Source: an uncultured Candidatus Saccharibacteria bacterium
GTDB taxonomy: Bacteria > Patescibacteriota > Minisyncoccia > UBA6257 > 2-01-FULL-56-20
DNA: 64,000 nt
Assembly: GCA_964403045.1 (NCBI GenBank)
Contig: CAYOEP010000002.1
Coordinates: 2,452-66,451, forward strand
Direction: 5' to 3'
The notes beneath the pieces are model-generated. The model was given only the letters and a program-made list of their open reading frames with translations. It did no database searches and had not been told where the DNA came from. How positions within the stretch are numbered: the stretch's first letter is position 1; each line of letters begins with the position of its first letter. This document shows positions 59,192 to 64,000 of this stretch, piece after piece. The position numbers were made by a program, and so were the translations under genes.

Positions 59192-61909
59192 ATGAATGCG
59201 CGCGCTTGGCACACGCTTTCTGACGGCGCAGTCGCTGAACTGCTCCACAGCAATCTTCGGTGGGGCTTAACCGAAGATGCTGCTGCGCGGCGCCTGCGTC
59301 GTGTTGGCCGCAATGTACTTCCTGAAGGACAAGAAGAATCAATACTCTCTATTTTTCTGCGCCAGTTTCAGAGCCCGCTCATTTACCTACTTCTCGCGGC
59401 AGGCGCGATTGTCGTTGCGATTGGCGAAATCAATGACGGCATTATCATTTTCTCGGTTATGACGTTTAATGCGGTGGTGGGAGCGTTCCAGGAGGGAAAA
59501 GCGCAGAGTACGCTCCGAGCGTTGCGTAAGTTCGCGAAGTCGACTGCAACGGTGCTTCGTGGTAATCGTGTGGCAGTGATTTCTGATGAGGAGGTGGTTC
59601 CCGGTGATGTTATTTTGTTGCAGGAAGGGACAAAGATTCCTGCCGACGCGCGCATCATCAAGGCGTACAATTTACAAGTTGATGAATCTGCATTGACGGG
59701 CGAATCTGAACCTGTCCATAAACTGAACGAAGTCTTGGCAGATCGCGATCTTCCTGTGGCGGACAGGCGCAATATGGTGTTTAAGGGCACCTATGTAGTG
59801 AGCGGGAGGGGAAAGGCAATAGTGGTCGCAACTGGCATTCATACTGAGATTGGAAAAATCAGCAAAGCTGTAGTTGGTCTTACTCCAGAGATCCCTCTCA
59901 AAAGGAATATCACAAAGCTTTCCCGGATTATCGTGCTGTTCGTGGTGGGCGTGGGGATCATTGCGTTTCTCGCAGGCATCGCGCTGGGATTCCCCTTGGT
60001 GGAGCTTTTTCTCACCGTAGTCGCGCTCGCGGTTGCGGTGGTGCCGGAAGGACTTCCCGTTGCCCTCACGCTTATCTTAGCGGTGGGCGTATGGCATATG
60101 GCGCGGCGCAACGCGCTGGTAAAGCGTCTGCAGGCAGTTGAAGCACTCGGAGAAGCGCGCGTGATCGCGGTCGACAAGACGGGAACGTTGACGAGAAACG
60201 AGATGGTTATTCGGAGAGTGTATACCGCAGGACGCTTTTTTGACGTAGGCGGCGAGGGGTATACCCCGAAAGGACAGCTTTTTTTCGAAGGAAGAAAAGT
60301 GCATATTGCTAACCATCCTGAACTTGTTCTTGCCGCTCGTATTGCTGCTTTCTGCGCTAACGCAGAGGCAGTTTTTTCCAAAGATGAGAAAGTTTGGCGG
60401 ATTACAGGCGATCCTACTGAGGTTGCTCTTGATGTATTCGCGCGGAAACTTGGCATCTCCAAAGAGGAACTTGAGCGCGAGGCGCCGCTCTACGATGAGA
60501 TTCCATTTTCTTATAATTCGAAGCAACACGTAACGGCACATATGCTGCCTCAAAGTGCAGGTGGGGGACAATTTGTTACGGTGGTGGGAGCTCCTGAGGT
60601 AGTGCTGCAGAAGGCAAAGAAAGTAATCGCAGTTGCAAAGCGCGGCGATCCCCAAAAACTAATCTCGACTCAATTCGATGCGTATCATCGAAGTGCGATG
60701 CAAGAAGCAGCGCGCGCGATGGCACGAGACGGCCTTCGTACGGTTGCCTTTGCGTTCGCTGAACTCCCCCCCGAAGGTGATATTCGAAAAGGATTTGGGG
60801 AAGTTACTATTGCGGGTATATTTGGGATGTCTGATAGTATTCGTAAGGAGGCCGCGAGAGCGGTAAAAAAAGCGCAGGAAGGGGGTATTCGGGTGGTAAT
60901 GATTACTGGTGATCATAGGGATACTGCTGTAGCGATTGCGCGCAGGGTGGGTATTTACCACAAGGGAGATGCGGTAATGACTGGCAGGGAGCTGCGCTGT
61001 GCATCCCAGGATGAACTTGTACAGAAACTTGATCGCGTTACCGTCTTTGCGCGTGTTGCTCCTGAAGACAAGATGCGAATTGTGAATGGGTATCGCGCGC
61101 GGGGAGAGATTGTTGCAATGACAGGCGATGGCGTGAATGACGCACCCTCGCTTACTGCAGCGGACCTCGGGGTTGCAATGGGTCGTATTGGTACTGAAGT
61201 TGCAAAGGAAGCGGCCGACATTGTCCTGCTGGATGACAATTTTTCCAGTATTGTGGCAGCAGTTGAGGAGGGAAGAAATATTTTTGTGAAGTTGCGGAAA
61301 GTAGTGCTCTATCTCTTTACTACAGCTCTCACTGAGCTTCTAGTTATCATTATTGCCCTTTTTTCCGGAATTCCCCTTCCTCTTCTCCCGGTCCAGATTT
61401 TGTGGTTGAACGTGGTAACTGATAGCTTTCCGGTGCTTGCGCTCGCATTTGGCCCACGAGAAGACAACCTGCTCTCCCCACGATTCTATAAGGGGTCAAC
61501 GGCATTGTTTGATTTTCTTACTTTTCAGAGGATGCTACTTATGGTGGCAGTGATGACGCTTGGTACTGTTGCGGCGTTTGTTAGCTATCAAGCTGTGAGT
61601 ATAGAAAAAGCAACCACAATGGCGCTTACTGTCCTTGCAGTTTTTGAATGGCTGAATGTGTGGAATGTACAGTCGGAAACAAAGTCAATAGTTGAGAAGG
61701 ATATAGCGGCAAATAAGTCTTTGATTGCAGCTGTAGGAGGTGTGCTGTTGTTTCATCTTGCTGCGCTCTATATTCCTTTTATGAATGCCCTTCTCCATAC
61801 AGTCCCTCTTAGCGCATCCGATTGGGTAGTAGCAATTTCTCTTGCCTTCTCCGTTATTGTGGTCGAGGAGATAAGAAAGTTAATTACTCGTAAGGTACAC
61901 AACATATGA
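59192..61909 (+). CDS. Cation-transporting P-type ATPase (P2-type, Ca2+/Mg2+-like)
   Basis: The motifs DKTGTLT, TGD, GDGVNDAPSL and 10 TM helices are present. Confidence 0.9.
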   Translation: MNARAWHTLSDGAVAELLHSNLRWGLTEDAAARRLRRVGRNVLPEGQEESILSIFLRQFQSPLIYLLLAAGAIVVAIGEINDGIIIFSVMTFNAVVGAFQEGKAQSTLRALRKFAKSTATVLRGNRVAVISDEEVVPGDVILLQEGTKIPADARIIKAYNLQVDESALTGESEPVHKLNEVLADRDLPVADRRNMVFKGTYVVSGRGKAIVVATGIHTEIGKISKAVVGLTPEIPLKRNITKLSRIIVLFVVGVGIIAFLAGIALGFPLVELFLTVVALAVAVVPEGLPVALTLILAVGVWHMARRNALVKRLQAVEALGEARVIAVDKTGTLTRNEMVIRRVYTAGRFFDVGGEGYTPKGQLFFEGRKVHIANHPELVLAARIAAFCANAEAVFSKDEKVWRITGDPTEVALDVFARKLGISKEELEREAPLYDEIPFSYNSKQHVTAHMLPQSAGGGQFVTVVGAPEVVLQKAKKVIAVAKRGDPQKLISTQFDAYHRSAMQEAARAMARDGLRTVAFAFAELPPEGDIRKGFGEVTIAGIFGMSDSIRKEAARAVKKAQEGGIRVVMITGDHRDTAVAIARRVGIYHKGDAVMTGRELRCASQDELVQKLDRVTVFARVAPEDKMRIVNGYRARGEIVAMTGDGVNDAPSLTAADLGVAMGRIGTEVAKEAADIVLLDDNFSSIVAAVEEGRNIFVKLRKVVLYLFTTALTELLVIIIALFSGIPLPLLPVQILWLNVVTDSFPVLALAFGPREDNLLSPRFYKGSTALFDFLTFQRMLLMVAVMTLGTVAAFVSYQAVSIEKATTMALTVLAVFEWLNVWNVQSETKSIVEKDIAANKSLIAAVGGVLLFHLAALYIPFMNALLHTVPLSASDWVVAISLAFSVIVVEEIRKLITRKVHNI

Positions 61910-62544
61910 AAGTGATATGGTGCAGTAGCGAAGCTGAAGTTTATCGCAATATCGCAGCAGAGCTCTCTCGCTATCTTGCAGAAAACGAGGGGGTACCTTC
62001 TCTTATCCTCACTGAGGGACGCGCTGCAAGTCGAATGCTCCCCTTATTGGGGGCCCCACCAGATACTGCTATTACATTTGGCATGCTTTCCCCGCAGGAC
62101 GAAGATGCGCAGCTCCCTCCCGAAAGATTTTCCGAGTGGCGGCGGGCGCACCCCGAGGGATTTATTGCGAGCGTGGTGGAAATCCGCGCTGACGGCGGCG
62201 TGATGGGAATTGCGCCTTTTCCAGAAAATCCGGACTTGTTCCGTTCCCGATTTGATAAGGAAAGGAAATGGGTTGCCCCCCGGATTAGTACTTTGCGGGA
62301 GGCAAATGGTGGCTGCCTTACTGCAACCTTCTCCTTCCTCCGGGAGGCAGTGGATGCTACAATAGCGTATGCGGTGACACAAAACAGAGGAAAGGTTCTC
62401 CGCCGCCTTTTCGCAGAGGAGGGATTCCTCTATGAGACACCTGCGAGGATTTTACTGGAACTTGAATATGCTACGTTGTTTTCACTCCCTGTCCTTGACG
62501 ACTCCACGCCGCACGGAGATTTGGAAGCGCCCTATGCTGTCTAG
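61906..62544 (+). CDS. Divergent 6-phosphogluconolactonase / glucosamine-6-P isomerase-fold protein (tentative)
   Basis: The N-terminal MKVIWCSSEAEVYRNIAAELSRYL...LILTEGRAASRMLPLL resembles the 6PGL/NagB start. It lies next to the glucokinase gene. The assignment is weak. Confidence 0.35.
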   Translation: MKVIWCSSEAEVYRNIAAELSRYLAENEGVPSLILTEGRAASRMLPLLGAPPDTAITFGMLSPQDEDAQLPPERFSEWRRAHPEGFIASVVEIRADGGVMGIAPFPENPDLFRSRFDKERKWVAPRISTLREANGGCLTATFSFLREAVDATIAYAVTQNRGKVLRRLFAEEGFLYETPARILLELEYATLFSLPVLDDSTPHGDLEAPYAV

Positions 62545-62552
62545 TAATTAGT

Positions 62553-63464
62553 ATGCTGTTGCGGCGACATGAAATCTTTCTTCTTTTTGATATTGGGGGC
62601 AGTAATATGCGCCTTGCTTCCGCGCGTGCGGGAAAGATACTTCGGGAAAAGATTATCCCTACCCCTGCCGATAATTTCTCGCAGGCGGTGAGGGAATTTT
62701 CCCGCCTTGCTGAAAAAGTTGCGGAGGGGAAGCGCATTGTTGCGGCCGCAGGAGGGGTGGCGAGCCCAATCTCGCGCAGGCGTGGCACCCTCCTTGCATC
62801 CCCGAACCTTCCGGGGTGGCGCGGCAAGCAGGTACAGCGCGCGTTCTCCCGCGCGCTCCACGGCGTGCCGGTGCTGTTGGAAAACGACGCTGCCGTTGCT
62901 GCGCTTGGTGAAGCAGTATACGGCGCGGGCAAGCGCAAGAAAATCGTTGCGTATTTTACCGTGAGTACTGGCATTGGCGGCGCACGGGTAGTAGAGAAAG
63001 CGATTGACGCGAATGCGGCGGGGTTTGAGCCGGGGCACCAGTACATTCCTGTCAGCCCGGCACTCCGCAGTTTACTCGGCAATGGGAAATGCAGTCATTG
63101 CGGCGCGGAGTATTGCCTTGAAGCATATGTGTCGGGTGCGGCACTCGCGAAGGCTTTCGCGATACCTCCGTCGCGTATTCGGGATCGCCGGGTATGGGAT
63201 GCCGCCGCGGAGGTGCTTGCTTACGGCATTCATAATGCGATACTCCACTGGTCTCCCGAAGTTGTTGTTATGGGGGGTGCGATGATAAGGAAGCGCCCCG
63301 GCATTTCTCTGAGGAAGGTGCAAAAGAAACTCCGTGAACTGCTCCACATTTTCCCTCCGCCGCCGATTGTCTCCGCCGCACTTGGTGATGCAGCAGGACT
63401 CTATGGCGCGCTGGCACTCCTCTCGCGCGGTCATTCCCCTCAGGGGAAATCGGTGCTAGAATAG
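62553..63464 (+). CDS. ROK-family glucokinase
   Basis: The N-terminal ATP motif is LFDIGGSNMRLA. The ROK zinc motif is CSHCGAEYCLEAY. Confidence 0.8.
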   Translation: MLLRRHEIFLLFDIGGSNMRLASARAGKILREKIIPTPADNFSQAVREFSRLAEKVAEGKRIVAAAGGVASPISRRRGTLLASPNLPGWRGKQVQRAFSRALHGVPVLLENDAAVAALGEAVYGAGKRKKIVAYFTVSTGIGGARVVEKAIDANAAGFEPGHQYIPVSPALRSLLGNGKCSHCGAEYCLEAYVSGAALAKAFAIPPSRIRDRRVWDAAAEVLAYGIHNAILHWSPEVVVMGGAMIRKRPGISLRKVQKKLRELLHIFPPPPIVSAALGDAAGLYGALALLSRGHSPQGKSVLE

Positions 63465-63468
63465 GGAT

Positions 63469-64000
63469 ATGCAGAAACTTTCGCGGTCGAAGTTGGAGCT
63501 TTTTCTGGAGTGCCCGCGTTGCTTTTGGCTTGATGTGAAACACAAGATTAAGCGTCCCCAGCCCCCTCCCTATACGCTTAATAACGCGGTTGATTACCTC
63601 CTCAAGCAGGAGTTTGACAAGTATCGGGAAGCAGGCAAGAAACACCCGCTTATGGAAAAGCACCACATTGAAGCAGTGCCCTATCAAAGCCCTCATATTG
63701 ATGTATGGCGGCATAATTTTACCGGCATTCAGCATCATCACCTGCCAAGCGGATTTCTTTTCTATGGCGCCGTGGATGACATATGGGTTAATCCTCAGGG
63801 CGAGCTTATTGTAGTAGATTACAAGGCAACAGGCGCAAATCAGCATCGCATCTATGACTCCTATCGCCGACAGATGGAAATTTATCAGTGGCTATTGCGC
63901 AAAAATGGATTCCCCGTCTCTCGGACGGGCTATTTCCTTTTCACGCGCGTGAACAAAGGGGAAGGATTTGGCTTAGGTGTGCCTGCGCTTCCTTTCGATG
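63469..64000 (+). CDS. PD-(D/E)xK nuclease family protein (AddB/Cas4-like); 3' end beyond the window
   Basis: The N-terminus reads SKLELFLECPRCFW. It has IVVDYKATG (D..K) and QMEIYQWLL (QxxxY). It is not in the ORF track because there is no stop within the window. Confidence 0.6.
   Translation, partial: MQKLSRSKLELFLECPRCFWLDVKHKIKRPQPPPYTLNNAVDYLLKQEFDKYREAGKKHPLMEKHHIEAVPYQSPHIDVWRHNFTGIQHHHLPSGFLFYGAVDDIWVNPQGELIVVDYKATGANQHRIYDSYRRQMEIYQWLLRKNGFPVSRTGYFLFTRVNKGEGFGLGVPALPFD

Overview
This 64 kb window reads as a compact, gene-dense chromosomal segment from a bacterium with moderate-to-high GC content. Several proteins look domain-reduced, and the region is rich in secreted and membrane proteins and repeatedly uses leaderless promoters. 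That pattern could fit an uncultivated lineage such as Patescibacteria/CPR, but that is an inference, not something the sequence shows.

The features I can support are as follows.
- **ATP synthase operon.** A complete F0F1 operon sits on the minus strand in the order atpB-E-F-H-A-G-D-C, followed by a short beta-carbonic-anhydrase-like gene.
- **Translation and tRNA modification.** A truncated trigger factor, tRNA-Glu(UUC), hpf, and a tgt / DUF2419(Qng1-like) / truB cluster; the TruB carries a C-terminal Cys4 tail in place of a PUA domain.
- **Protein export and cell wall.** secA, a YceG/MltG-like gene and murB.
- **DNA repair.** uvrB, uvrA and a short uvrC; a UvrD-type helicase fused to an AddB/Cas4-like Fe-S nuclease; an Ogt-domain protein; and a stand-alone PD-(D/E)xK nuclease that runs off the window end.
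- **Stress response.** hsp20, and a leaderless clpB preceded by an excisionase-type HTH gene.
- **Central carbon metabolism.** tpiA, eno, ppsA, a 2-hydroxyacid dehydrogenase, glycerate kinase, acyP, a ROK glucokinase and a 6PGL-like gene.
- **Envelope block.** A redoxin plus VKOR pair, an AI-2E transporter and a P-type ATPase.
- **Accessory cell-surface island (18.7–24.9 kb).** It starts with an A/G simple-sequence repeat. It encodes an alpha/beta hydrolase, an FN3-like TM-anchored surface protein and a beta-propeller protein.

The items most worth follow-up are:
- two adjacent TM+zf-HC2 paralogs with no sigma factor nearby;
- a ~640 nt non-coding locus between hsp20 and uvrB with promoters, terminators and long palindromes (a candidate sRNA or regulatory locus);
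- a promoter / small acidic ORF / terminator unit ending 10 nt before uvrC;
- a 23-bp perfect inverted repeat upstream of murB;
- three textbook leaderless promoters.

I did not find a CRISPR array, rRNA or an identifiable transposase. All calls rest on motifs recognised by eye; no database search was possible.
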